In this document: piece by piece, positions 52,718 through 64,000 of the stretch
Layout: the number at the start of each line of letters is the position of its first letter
Numbering within the stretch: position 1 is the first letter of the stretch
From: Eledone cirrhosa
Lineage: Eukaryota
Direction: 5' to 3'
NCBI GenBank assembly: GCA_964016885.1
Contig: OZ024741.1
Coordinates: forward strand, 199,950,001-200,014,000
DNA length: 64,000 nt
Translations under genes and position numbers: made by a program
The notes under the pieces: model-generated
Told to the model about the DNA's origin: nothing
Seen by the model: the letters and a program-made list of their open reading frames with translations, nothing else
Database searches by the model: none

Positions 52718-55277
52718 TATCGAACGTATGGATGTGTAAGTGTGCGTGTGTATATAAGCATGTATATTTTGCGTTTCCTTTGTGAGATATGCGTGTCTGT
52801 GTATGTATGTACCCTTTTTTGTCTTCTTTTCTTTAATTTTTTCTTTCTAAATTTTTTCTTTCTAAATTATTGTTACATTTTTATAAATATATCGATATTG
52901 ATACTTTCCTTTAATTATTACACTCCCTTACCTCTTTTACTTCCGCATCTAAGTGTATGTGTGTGTAGCTGTGTTTATGCGCGCGCCTTCATATTCTTAT
53001 GATGTATCTATTCTGTCTGTATATTACAGACATACAGATACATTTGCCCTAAATTATACATTTACGCACACTTTTTCACTATACGTATACATATGTGCAT
53101 ACACATATATGCACATCTGTGAGCGTATATACATACATATACACACACTTAACTATATTTCTTGAAAGATTATTATATATTTCATATTCTAATTCATTTG
53201 TCTATATCTTTTTTTTGATTTTCTTGACGAGACTTTCCAAGTATTTACCCATGTTTTATATTGCCTCGTCTGACGAACGAATGAAGACGTTTCTTTCGTA
53301 TTCGCCTCATTCGGGAAACCTCTGGTAATGAGGTAATTATATTGTATTGATTTTTATACATTAAATTTTGCTCTGATACTTACATAGAGCACTCTTCACT
53401 TCTATGACCTTTTCTGTTTTCAACGGAAATTTCAATACTTATACAGCTCCCAAGGGAATAATCGCAGCATATTCTACATCTTTATGAGATTGGCACCTTC
53501 CAGCCCTTTTAAAGTCGAGCACTCTTCAGTCATAGGATTTTAAACCAATACTGAACATGGATAGATACCCTTTGGACTACTCTGTAAGGAATATCCCAAC
53601 ACCTTCTAACACTCCCTACACGAAAATACTGATAGACAAAGTAGAGAAGGTTGTTAAAAGAATGAGATGGAAAGCTTTGATTCTCGATGGACAATTTAAC
53701 ACGGATTCTACGGAATATTTTGACATCAAAACTCATAAATACCCGCAAAGAGTAAAAGATATGACCGCCTTTGAATTAGACCTAGTTAACCTAATCAATA
53801 ATATCAATTTTCGTAAGTACTCTAACCCTTTTCAATCTAAATTATCTAATGATATTTCAACTTTCAAATCTTCTAATAATAAGTTCATCTTCTCCGATAA
53901 AACTAAAAACCTATATGAAGTTAAGTTAATAATAATTTACACGACCAACTATTAATAGATAATATCACCTCTAAATACCAAATAGCTAATATAAATACGT
54001 ACCATAATATAAATAAGGAAGCTAAAGAATTAGCTGTTTCTTTAAAAATAGATAATAGGACAGAAAAACTTGCTAAACGTTCTGCGTATATCACCCTTAA
54101 AGATCATAAACCCGACTTTATTAATCGTCCTAGTTGTAGATTAATCAACCCTGCTAAGACTGATATGGGTCTTGCCAGCAAAAAAAATTTAAATAAATTA
54201 AATACACACATTAGAAGTAAGTCTAAATTACTCCAATGGATAAATAGCTCTTCCGTAGTACATTGGTTTAATAATATTAAAAACAAAAATAGTTCTAGAT
54301 TCACCCAATTTGACATTGTAGATTTCTACCCATCTATCACTCAGACCCTTTTAGCGAAAGCTTTAAATTTCGCTAGAGGGTTTACTAATATCTCCGATAT
54401 TGAAGAGAATGTCATCTTGCATGCTAGGAACACTCTACTTTTTAATGATAATGACACTTGGGTAAAAATATCTAACCCAGAGAACCCATTCGATGTCTCA
54501 ATGGGCTCTTACGACAGTGCTGATGTTTGTGATCTGGTCGGCCTATTCCTCTTACATACACTTAAAGAAACATTTCCTAACCATATTTTTGGGCTTTATC
54601 GCGACGATGGTCTAATACTTTCCCATACCACCATAGGCCATAACTTAGATAGATTAAGGAAAGACTTAATAAATACCTTCGCTAGTTTTAATCTTAAAAT
54701 TACTATTGACACTACCCTTTCCAACGTAGATTTCCTAGATATAAACCTAGATTTGCCTACTGCTTCTTATAAACCATACCATAAACCTAATGAAAACTTA
54801 AAATATATAAATAAAGGATCTTGCCATCCACCTATAGTTTTTAAAAACCTTATCCCTAATATTAGCCGTAGGATCTCCACCCTCTCTTCCTCAGAAGCTA
54901 TTTTTAATAAGGCATCCCCCTACTATAATAAAGCCCTCCAAAATAGCGGTTTTAGCGAACCGATTAAATACATACCCAACTATACTAACTCTATTAAACA
55001 TAAAAACAGGAAAAGAAAAATAATATGGTTCACACCCCCCCTACTCTCTAGCAGTTAAAACTAATGTAGGCAAAACATTCCTTGAGTTCCTAGATAAACA
55101 TTTCCCTAGAACACATAGATACTATAAGATCTTTAACAGAAACTGTGTCAAAATTAGCTATTCCTGCGGTCCCCCTATTAAGTCCTATATCCTCAACAAA
55201 ATATCACCTAGAGAAAATCAAACTTGCTCCTGTAGAATCAAAAGTGAATGCCCATTACAAAGTAAATGCAACACCAA
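50974..55277 (+). mobile_element. Penelope-like element in partial-tandem form: inverted pLTR (50974-51431), GIY-YIG 3' fragment (51433-52040), 3' UTR/pLTR (to 53367), then ORF start and RT (53557-55277)
   Basis: 458-bp inverted repeat 50974-51431/52910-53367; YVGMTQDKFKTRYYSH..CTLCINEK GIY-YIG; RT motifs FDIVDFYPSI, MGSYDSA, LYRDDGL, DFLDINL; 184-bp overlap 51433-51616 = 55094-55277. Confidence 0.93.
53260..53337 (+). ncRNA. Type I hammerhead ribozyme in the Penelope pLTR (mirror copy 51004-51081 on -)
   Basis: attgcctcgt CTGACGA a-cgaatga..tcattcg-g GAAA cc-tct-gg TA atgaggtaat: 10-bp stem I, 7-bp plus extended stem II, closed stem III, GUA cleavage triplet. Confidence 0.88.
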
Positions 55278-57060
55278 TATTATTATTGCTATTTTTGTTA
55301 GTTTGGTTAGGGTTTAAATTTAAGTTTCTATTATTAATTCTATTTATATTTTGTGCTATGTTCATAGTAGTAGAGTAGGATAGTTTTATAGTGTGTCTGT
55401 TAAAAATAGAGTGGTATCTGTGGGCTTTAGGAAAACATTTATCTAGTGCTTTAAAGAATAGCTTTGCTAAAGGTGTTTTAACGGTTAACGAGAATGGAGG
55501 AGAGTACCAAATAATATTTCTAGTTCTAGTTTTTTTGTTTCGTTTAGTGTTTAAGTTAATACTAGGATGATATGTCATGTTATTGTTATCTATGTATTTA
55601 ATTCTATTTGAGTATCCTGCTCTATGTAAAGCTTCATTGTAATATTCAGCCTTATCATCAAAAATATTTTTATTAGCGGAGATGCGGGAAATCCGTTGTT
55701 GGACGCTATTGATAATAGTGTTTTTAATACTTCTAGGATGATTAGAATTGAAACTTACATAATTTAGATTTTCGTTAATTTTATGGAAAGGATAGTAAAG
55801 ACCTGTGCTAAGGTTTAAGGTTACATCTAAGAAGTTAACGATTTTGTAGTTATTCTCTATTTCTAACTTAAGATTGTAGTTATTGAAGAATTGTATTATG
55901 GATTTTCTTTTCCTATTAATTTCACTATTGCTATGGTTTTCAGTTAGAAGCAACATATCGTCACGATATAAACCTCCGGTCATCTCTGGCATTTTCCTAT
56001 GCAGTACATTATTAATAAATAATCCAACGAGGTCCGTAAGTTGCGCCGAGTCAGATGATCCTATAGTGATATCAAAATTATTTTTTCTGTCGGCTCTTGT
56101 CCAGAGATGATTATTAAATTCAATTAGTGTTTTACGTGCTGTTAGAATTATATTCATTTCATCACTAGATAAGTCTGTATGTTTAGACGCGTAGATAAGT
56201 GCCTTATTAAGTAAACTAGGGGTAATAGAAGAGTAATAATTTGCAATATCCATTTGAATGAATTTTTTGTTATGTTTTAATTTTATGTTATTGAACCAAT
56301 CTATAACTTCATTGCTACCGTTCCATAGTTTAAGGTGTGATTTTACTTTAAGTAGTGGTATAATTCTATCTAATATATGTTTGCTAATTATGCCTAAGTC
56401 CGATTTAGATGGTGCAATGAGTCTAACTGGTAGTTCAATTTCAAAATTTCTTTTGTGGTCCTTCAGGTTAATTTTCGGTTTTCTAGGTATAAAGGGTTCA
56501 GTCCTATTTTGGATGCCTAATTTGTAAATAATTTCAGAAGCTTCTCTATTTAACGTTGAAAGATCTTCATTTTATGTTATTTTGTAGTTTTTTCTGAGTT
56601 CTTTCAATATAAGGTTTTATATTCGTCCTTTTCCATACCATATAAATTATTAGTTTTATCATATTTTACGAGGATCCTCTTAGTTTTTTCAATATTGTCT
56701 ATTTTATTCTTGAGGCCTTAAGGTACTCCTGGCCTATAAATTGTTTTTTTTTAAAATTTAATATTTTGTATAATAGATATTACTTCATTTTCAAATTCGG
56801 CTAGTAGTTTGTTGCTAAGTGAATTCTTCTTAGATTTGAAGATATGATCAAAGTTGTAACTGGAATTATTTATCTTGTCATCCGATTTTCTATCAAAATG
56901 GAAGGCACGCCATCTAAGTCTTCGTATAAAGGAGTCAGATTTCTCAATGAGTTGTTTTAATTTTCCTTCCAAATTAACGTAAATGCTAGCTCTTCTTCCT
57001 TTCTCTTCTTTCCTACGCATACAATAACTTATCATAATTATTTAAATTTTCCATAGCATC
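55278..57060 (-). mobile_element. Second Penelope-like element (LYRDD type), RT region, 3'-truncated
   Basis: FIRRLRWRAFHF, LKDHK, DIANYYSSIT, IGSSDSA, GLYRDDML, NFLDVTLNL, IIWYSPPFS, IKLSYS (ORF 55255..56253). Confidence 0.92.
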
Positions 57061-57227
57061 TAAAATAACGTTTTTTCAGCCCTTTTACCTAAACCTCATT
57101 TGCATACTCATCTTAATAATTTGAAATATCTGACTTTTTTTCTCTTATCCCTTCACTATCCAAAGAAAACTTGAACCGTTAAGGTATATTCTCCTTGGTT
57201 ATGTCAACATTTATAAAACACACTTCG

Positions 57228-57288
57228 TATTTTATCTGATGATAACGTACCAAAATTTTGGTATCCTTGAAATATATATAATAGAATA
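57228..57288 (+). ncRNA. Type I hammerhead ribozyme, homologue of 49066-49131
   Basis: tattttat CTGATGA taac-gtaccaaaa-ttttggtat-cctt GAAA tatata TA atagaata; downstream ~110 bp homologous to 49132-49260. Confidence 0.65.
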
Positions 57289-57534
57289 AATATGGGTTTA
57301 TAAATATAGTTTCCATTTATTTAATATCATTGTATACTATACTCCAGAAAACTTGTCGAGTGCTCTGAATCAGTTATAAACTTTTATATTTGTTGAATTA
57401 TCAACAAATTGAATATCCCTTCTGCTTATATATATTATATATATAAGCAAAGGGATATTCAATTTGTTGGTAATTTAACAAATATATTATATTGTATATT
57501 ATATATATATATATATATATATTATATACATCAC

Positions 57535-59030
57535 ATTTTAAAGTCAGTCTCCACCACCACCTCATTCCCTGCGGTTTCCGCATCAAGTTTCACCCCATCT
57601 CTCTCTTACTCTGCTCCCACCACTGAGCCCATCTTTACCCGCTCCTCTCGCCAGGTCATGTGGGCGACCATTCGATCAACTCTCGCCCAAATCCATTCTC
57701 TCGACCGGGATCTCCCCAAGACCTACTTCCATATCTCCTCCACTTGCCACCCTTTCCTCGCCTAATCCCTTATCCAATTCATCCTTTACCCCCAATCGCC
57801 TCCTTTTCAATTCCCTCACTTCCGTAAAAAAACACAAACTCGACTCTCTATCTCGTCACCTACCACCCCCTTTCCTCTCTCTCCCCACCACTGAATCTGC
57901 ACACGCTTTGCCCAACCACCTTGACCCCTCCGCCTCTTTCACTCCCTCACGTCCCTGCACTGTAGTCACCGTACCCCAGGACCTACCACTCTCCGAAGCT
58001 GAGCGCTCCCTCCTCGCCCGTGGTTTGCTTTTTATACCAACCACATCCACCTGCGACGAGTTCCGCACACGTGCCGAGATTGAAGGGTTCTTCCGTCGAT
58101 TAAAGCTGAAAGCATTTTTTTTCACGACACGCCATCATCAACACAGACGGATGACTTCACTCGTCCCAGTCGCCGGCACATTGGACGCCGAGCTCTAGCC
58201 AGTTCAGCACCCTCGACTCCTTTGTCGATACTTGCCGGCGTACTGTGAATCGGTTCCGTTTCCACCAGCATTCTCGTCGCTCTAACATAACGCGGACTGG
58301 GCCCTCCGCTCTTCGCAACCTTCGGCGTCGCGAGGACATTATCATCAAACCCACTGACAAAGGTGGCGCTGTGGTGGTTTGGAGCGCTGACCTTTATAGG
58401 GCTGAGGCTCTCCGGCAGGTTCACAATACCCTTTTTTACCGCCATTATCCGCCGATCCCACTCCTGGCTACCAACAAATCGTGTCCTCCACCATCCACGA
58501 GCTCATCTCTCCCTCTCTCCTACCCCCACAGCCACCAACCGTATTGTACGCACCCCTTGCACACCCACCATCTACTTCCTCCCCAAAATACACAAACAAA
58601 ATAATCCTGGCCGTCCTATCGTTTCTGCGTAAAACTGCCCCACCAAGATAATTTCTGAATATTTAGACACCATCTTCGCCTCGTTGGTCGGAAACTCCCC
58701 TCCCACATTCACGATACAAATCATACCCTTAGACTCTTCAACTCTTTCTCCTTCCCTCCTGGTCCCTCCCGCCCTATCTTCACCCTGGACATCACCTCTC
58801 TCTATACCGTCATCCCTCATGATGACGGCCTCCGCGCTCTCCAACATTTTTTAGATTTACGTCCTTCCCCTTACCCCAGCACTACCACTCTTCTCCGTCT
58901 GGCTGAGCTTGTTCTCACCCTCAATGGATTTTCTTTTTCGGGTGAATTTTATCAACAGGTCTCTGGGGTAGCGATGGGCACCAAACTATATCAACTTGTC
59001 TGTTAACTACGTCGAAGCCCAGATCTTCTA
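57535..59030 (+). mobile_element. Penelope-like element RT fragment (Neptune-like), C-rich, frameshifted
   Basis: LSEAERSLLARGLLFIPT, IIIKPTDKGGAVVVW, YFLPKIHKQNNPGRPIVS, LDITSLYTVIPH, GVAMGT; bounded by (TA)n. Confidence 0.88.
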
Positions 59031-59033
59031 TAC

Positions 59034-59085
<52 letters not shown>

Positions 59086-59087
<2 letters not shown>

Positions 59088-59545
59088 TAGCAGAGGTACC
59101 CGGTGTTGCTCGGATATTAAATAGCAATTGTGTATACCATTTATGTCAATACTTCAGTGCTGCTTCGAAAACTATACTTTTACAAAATCATCGGCTTTTT
59201 CCAAAAGGGGGTTCCTGCCCCCAGGGGTCCCCTACCCAATATATGCCAATTCTGAGAGTTCACATTCATCTGTAGAACAAACGTAGCCCATGTGTCAAGT
59301 TTTGTGAAAATCGGTTGCGAACTCCAGAAGTTATGACGTTTTGTTGCATTGCACTGCAGTGCTTCAGTCGACTCCAAGGATGTGGTTGAAGTGGTTAAAG
59401 GGGTTATCTGCCGGGGGGGGGGGGCTATTATCAATATCTGGAAAAATGACAGTGCCCATGACCATCCGGAGTACATAAGTAACCTATGTCTTAAGTTTGG
59501 TGAAAATACTGTAGAAATGCATAAGGTTTATACATACGCGCGTGC
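59086..59545 (-). mobile_element. Non-autonomous Helitron/Helentron-like element
   Basis: Minus-strand end ..ccgagcaacaccgg-gtacctctg-CTAGT (GC hairpin then CTAG) inserted in (TA)n; internal aagttt.gtgaaaat subrepeats; adjacent (GT)n. Confidence 0.55.
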
Positions 59546-59563
59546 GTTCATGTGTGTGTGTGT

Positions 59564-59603
<40 letters not shown>

Positions 59604-60350
59604 ATGTATGTGTATGTCTGTCGGTGCATACGTATGTACTGGCCTAAATCTTCACTATTTACTTTTACTATTTTAATAATCTCTGTCATTTTCGTTTTCA
59701 ATTTTATTTACATCATTCTTAAACTCCGGGGCTGGAAATCATTCGGTTATTTTAAATAGAATATTAGTCTAACGACTCCATTTATACCATAAACTTGGTC
59801 TTGTCTTTGCATGAAATTGTTCTTCACGGTCCACATAACGACGTATTATCCTCGTCTATTTGCTTCCTTGGCACTTTTTACATAGGTGTGTAAATTTTCA
59901 TGTCAGTCCGACCTCGTCTACTACCATTTAACCGTGCACATCTGAATTTCAACCACCACCCATTTCACAAATATATATTAGATATTTTATATATATATAT
60001 ATATATTTCATTTATATATTATTTATATATATATATATTATATATATATATATATGTATATACAAATTATATATATATATACATATATGCAAATAAAAGA
60101 CAGAGTTAATAACTCTTACTGATACCCTGTAATTAACAAGCTCAAAGTATAAATACTGAGCATTTTATAATAATATATGTAGTAATAAACACAGTAAATC
60201 GTGTGTCTAAAATTACGAGGGTTGAAATACCACATTTGTTTGAGAAATTCAATCAGAAGCAAGCGGAATATACATAAAATAGAATAAAATATATACAGAC
60301 CGCCTCAATAACTATTACATCTCCCGTATATATATATATATTATATATAT

Positions 60351-61213
60351 ATAAACGGAAAAAATGAAACGAAATTTCATTTCCCACTCTTAGTACGGCT
60401 GTTACTTAAATATAAGTATGTACACGTACATACATATATGTATACAGACGTACAGTAGTATGTATATATATATATATACATACATGCACACATATATATA
60501 TATGTACGTATGGATTCACCGAACATTTATTATAATGCTCGGTGTGTTTGTAAACAAACATCCCGTATTAAGCCGTAGTGTCTAGCAACCATCGTTGTTC
60601 GTTTGTTCAACACTGACAAAGGAACGCTGTACTAGTTTCAAGCTTGTTAGCTATCGTCAGCAACATATACCTTCCTGCCAGATTGTTGAACGTATATACT
60701 TACCTTATGCATATTAACGGCTGAGTAGCCCAATTTGCATATCGAGTGGGTTAATCGGCCGGGTGCACCGAAAAAGATAAACGGAAAAAATGAAACGAAA
60801 TTTCATTTCCCACTCTTAGTACGGCTGTTACTTAAATATAAGTATGTACACGTACATACATATATGTATACAGACCTACAGAACCCACTCGATATGCAAA
60901 TTGGGCTACTCAGCCGTTAATATGCATAAGGTAAGTATATACGTTCAACAATCTGGCAGGAAGTTATACGTTGCTGACGATAGCTAATAAGCTTGAAAAT
61001 AGTACAGCGCTCCTTTATCAGTGTTGAACAAACGAACAACGATGGTTGCTAGACACTACGGCTTAATACGGGATGTTTGTTTACAAACACACCGAGCATT
61101 ATAATAAATGTTCGGTGAATCCATACGTACATATGTGTGCATGTATGTATATATATATACATACTACTGTACGTCTGTATACATATATGTATGTACGTGT
61201 ACATACTTATATT

Positions 61214-61215
<2 letters not shown>
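60351..61215. repeat. Inverted repeat (60407-60752 / 60882-61215) plus ~98-bp direct repeat (60351-60449 / 60778-60875); probable Penelope pLTR remnant
   Basis: Arms reverse-complementary with few mismatches; each contains a hammerhead; related sequence at 45781-45990. Confidence 0.85.
60969..61009 (+). ncRNA. Minimal type I hammerhead ribozyme (mirror copy 60625-60665 on -)
   Basis: cgttg CTGACGA t-agct-aata-agct-t GAAA atag TA cagcg; the - copy has palindromic stem III ctag. Confidence 0.78.
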
Positions 61216-61249
<34 letters not shown>

Positions 61250-61499
61250 ATTAAAATAACAGATTAAAGTTTAAGCAAAGAATCGCTGCTTTCACCCTTA
61301 ACGGGATCTTCTGATATATATTTATCCTTATCGAGCCCTCTTTATATTTCGTTTCTGAATTTGTTTAGCAAGATTCTTTATCTGAAAACGTGTGTTGAAA
61401 CCGATATTGTTATGCTTTGGGAGGGTCATGTTGCCAATAAGAAACACACGCACCAGTCGCTTTCACTCCAATTTATTTTAAATTAAATTTATAAATTTA

Positions 61500-64000
61500 A
61501 GAATTTATAAATTTCCCGGTTGGTTGGTTGGTTCCATAACCGGACGGTTGTCCTTACATTGTCAAACTTCTTTCGTCACACATTCTGTGACATCTTCAGT
61601 GACTGGGGATTCTTTTCTTTGTTTTGTGCCTCTCCTTTGTTCTGTCCTATGCCATCTTGTTTTTGTGTGTGTTGTGTGCTTAGTTTGCGTATGTGTTACA
61701 TCCTGGTGTCTGTGTGCGTTTTTATTTGTTTATTTATTTGTTTATTTACATGATACTGGTTGGTTGTTTGTTCTATGTGTGTGTGTGTTTTCATTTTGTC
61801 CTTAATTGTAAGTTGTGATGTTGCTATTCCATTCATGTTCTCTATTTAATTTTGGTTGAAGTTCAGTTATGTTTATTGCCTCTGTGATTTGTGTAAACAT
61901 TGCGTCTTTTCTTTGTGTAGATTCTATTTTTATTTCTATGTTCTCTAATTTGCCCTTATGTTCTATTTTAGCATGTTGGTGGAGTATTGATGATTCTTTT
62001 TTATCTTGAAGTTCTCGCCAGTGTTCATTTAACCGTTCTCCTATATTACGCGCTGTCTCACCTATGTACACTATATTCTTATCTTTACATTGTCCTTCAG
62101 TACATCTTATACTATATACTACATTTCTAGTTTTACACTTAATATGGGGGCTTAGTTTACAGATTATGCATTTCTTATCTATACAGGGAGTTCTTTGAAA
62201 AGGGTATGTATTGCTAATAAGTGTTTTTATGGAGGTACCTGGTCTTTCTACTATCTTAATATTAAGTTTATGTTTATCTAGGGCCCTTCTAAATGTGTAA
62301 GCTAATTCACCTCTAGGGGTTGTATTGATGAACATTACACTCTGGTATTTATTGTTATCATACCATGAGTTTATTCTATTAACCTTATTCCTAGTTCTTT
62401 CTATTCTATTCCAAAATTTGCTCCTATACAAGGGGCAGGTCCCATTTGTATCATTATTTACCATTTTTTCCCATTTGGTTCTGGCTCCTCTATATACTCT
62501 GATTTTATCTCTCTGATTGTAACCAGAGAACTGCATACGATGGATGAAGTATTGTATGTGTCTCTCTAGTTCTTTGGGGTTGCACATGCGGGTCACGTTT
62601 CTCATCACCCGTACGAAATCCGCAATCAGTATGTTGATTTTGGTGTGATCCGAAACAGCTGAGTTTCGGTGGATCAGATATTTGGAAGTCATGGGTTTGG
62701 CATAATGGGAATGGAGGATTTGTTTTTTGTTATTAATGGTTTCTAACCAGAGCTCTGTGTCTAGCACAGGTAATCGATGGTTGGGGTGTTTGCTTGGGTA
62801 GTCTATAGTAACTCTAATACTTTGGTGGATAGAGTTAGCTATTTGCTGGATGCTTTCCATGGCGTTTTTCTCTAATTCCTGACTGTTCTCTAGTGGGGGT
62901 GTTTTTACTACGATGTTTATATCATCAACGTAGCGGGAGTACATTATCAGAGTTAAGAGGTTGCTGTCTTCTAATGTTCTTTAAGTTTAAGTTTAAGTTT
63001 ATTTTCCCACCATACCATGAATAGGTTAGCCATGTTACCTGCAATGCTAACACCAATGGCTGCTCCCTCCTTTTGGGCATATGTTTTTCCATTAAATTTG
63101 AACATATGTTCCTTAAGGGTTAATTTTAAACTGGCCCCCACCGCATGTGCAATCATTTTCTTTAGTTCATCGTGGTTTTCGGGGGTCCGTATGGCTCTGG
63201 TCCACCCTTTCCATCTTTCTGTGTTGGTTTTCTTGGCCATTGAGGTAATGGTAGGTGGTCTGCCTCTTGCTGGTCTTGTAGGGCACTGGTTGCTAAGGTC
63301 ATATGTATCTAGATAATCATTACTATAGGTACGTTTAAGTAGGAGTCCCAGCTCACTGGTATCAATCCCACGGAATTCAACATTGCTCTCACTGATTATT
63401 TCTCCACAGCAAAATCCACGTCAATGGATGGATATAGGGACACAGCATCCATACTACCTATTATACAGTCTGTTAGGTCCCTAGATCGGTTATTTTCGCT
63501 GATTCTGCTGAGGAGGTCCTCCGTGCTGTCACATATATCTGGGGACATTTCAATGATGGGGCGTATGATCAGGGAGAGGAAGTAGGAAAGTCTGTAGTTA
63601 CTAGCAATGTTAGCTCCACAGACTGGCCGTGTTGGTGGTCCTGTGACAGGGTCACTGCTCGTTTTATGGTCTTTTCGAAGCCCATACAACGCTGGCACGT
63701 CATTGTTCCAAGCATGGAAGTTGTTGGCAGTCCTTTTGTTGGGCTGCATTATGTTTGTCCACATCATCATATGGACATTGAGGCTTTTCTCCCTATCCTC
63801 ATGCTCTTGTGGTGTTACTTCTCTTGTGTTAGTGATGTGGGTTGCATTGCCTGGATGTAGTTTGACAGACTGTCAACCGACATTCTGCCAGACTTGTCTG
63901 TTGGAAAGTATGCAATCTCTCCATTACGCGAGCGCTGCATGAGCTTACTCAAACCATTTGCAGATTTTTCTCCCAGTTGCTGGGCCTCCATTCTATTTTG
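61500..64000 (-). mobile_element. Penelope-like element, Naiad-like, RT + Cys-rich linker + C-terminal GIY-YIG; frameshifted, continues beyond the window
   Basis: LYGLRKDHK..PPTRPVC, GSMDAVSLYPSI, QKEGAAIG, YSRYVDD, DYPSKH..LPVLD, CIDKKCIIC..KC..VVYSIRC..YIGETARNIGERLNEH (ORF 61802..62944). Confidence 0.92.
61561..61603 (-). ncRNA. Minimal type I hammerhead ribozyme at the 3' end of the Naiad-like PLE
   Basis: gtca CTGAAGA t-gtcaca-gaatg-tgtgac GAAA gaag TT tgac. Confidence 0.75.

Noticed and set aside
61280-61320. Minus-strand cAgaaga-ccc/ggg-GAAA motif
   Set aside because: Core U is mutated and stem I/UH are not convincing; at most a dead relic

Overview
AT-rich, repeat-dominated eukaryotic (metazoan) genomic DNA; the SINE/LINE content, long (TA)n tracts and gene style suggest a mollusc, probably an octopus (inference). 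One host gene is supportable: the last five coding exons of a class II Rel/NF-kB (Dorsal/RelA-like) gene on the + strand (7035-14946; IPT domain, KRKR NLS, acidic tail, no ankyrin repeats). The rest is transposon debris and tandem repeats: an R4/Dong-like 5' end, many RTE/RTEX LINE fragments, Meta-domain-like SINEs, a 5S rRNA pseudogene, TTAA-flanked MITEs, a dead hAT transposase, a Helitron-like end, 39-bp and 65-bp satellites, and a dense cluster of Penelope-like elements (PLEs) of several clades inserted in (TA)n. The most notable hidden signal is a set of about a dozen type I hammerhead ribozyme motifs from about six sequence families, read by eye with intact CUGANGA/GAAA/UH cores and pairing stems. 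Most sit in PLE pseudo-LTRs arranged as long inverted repeats or near-perfect palindromes, and several have unusually long stem II. All folds and family assignments are by inspection only; no database search was possible.
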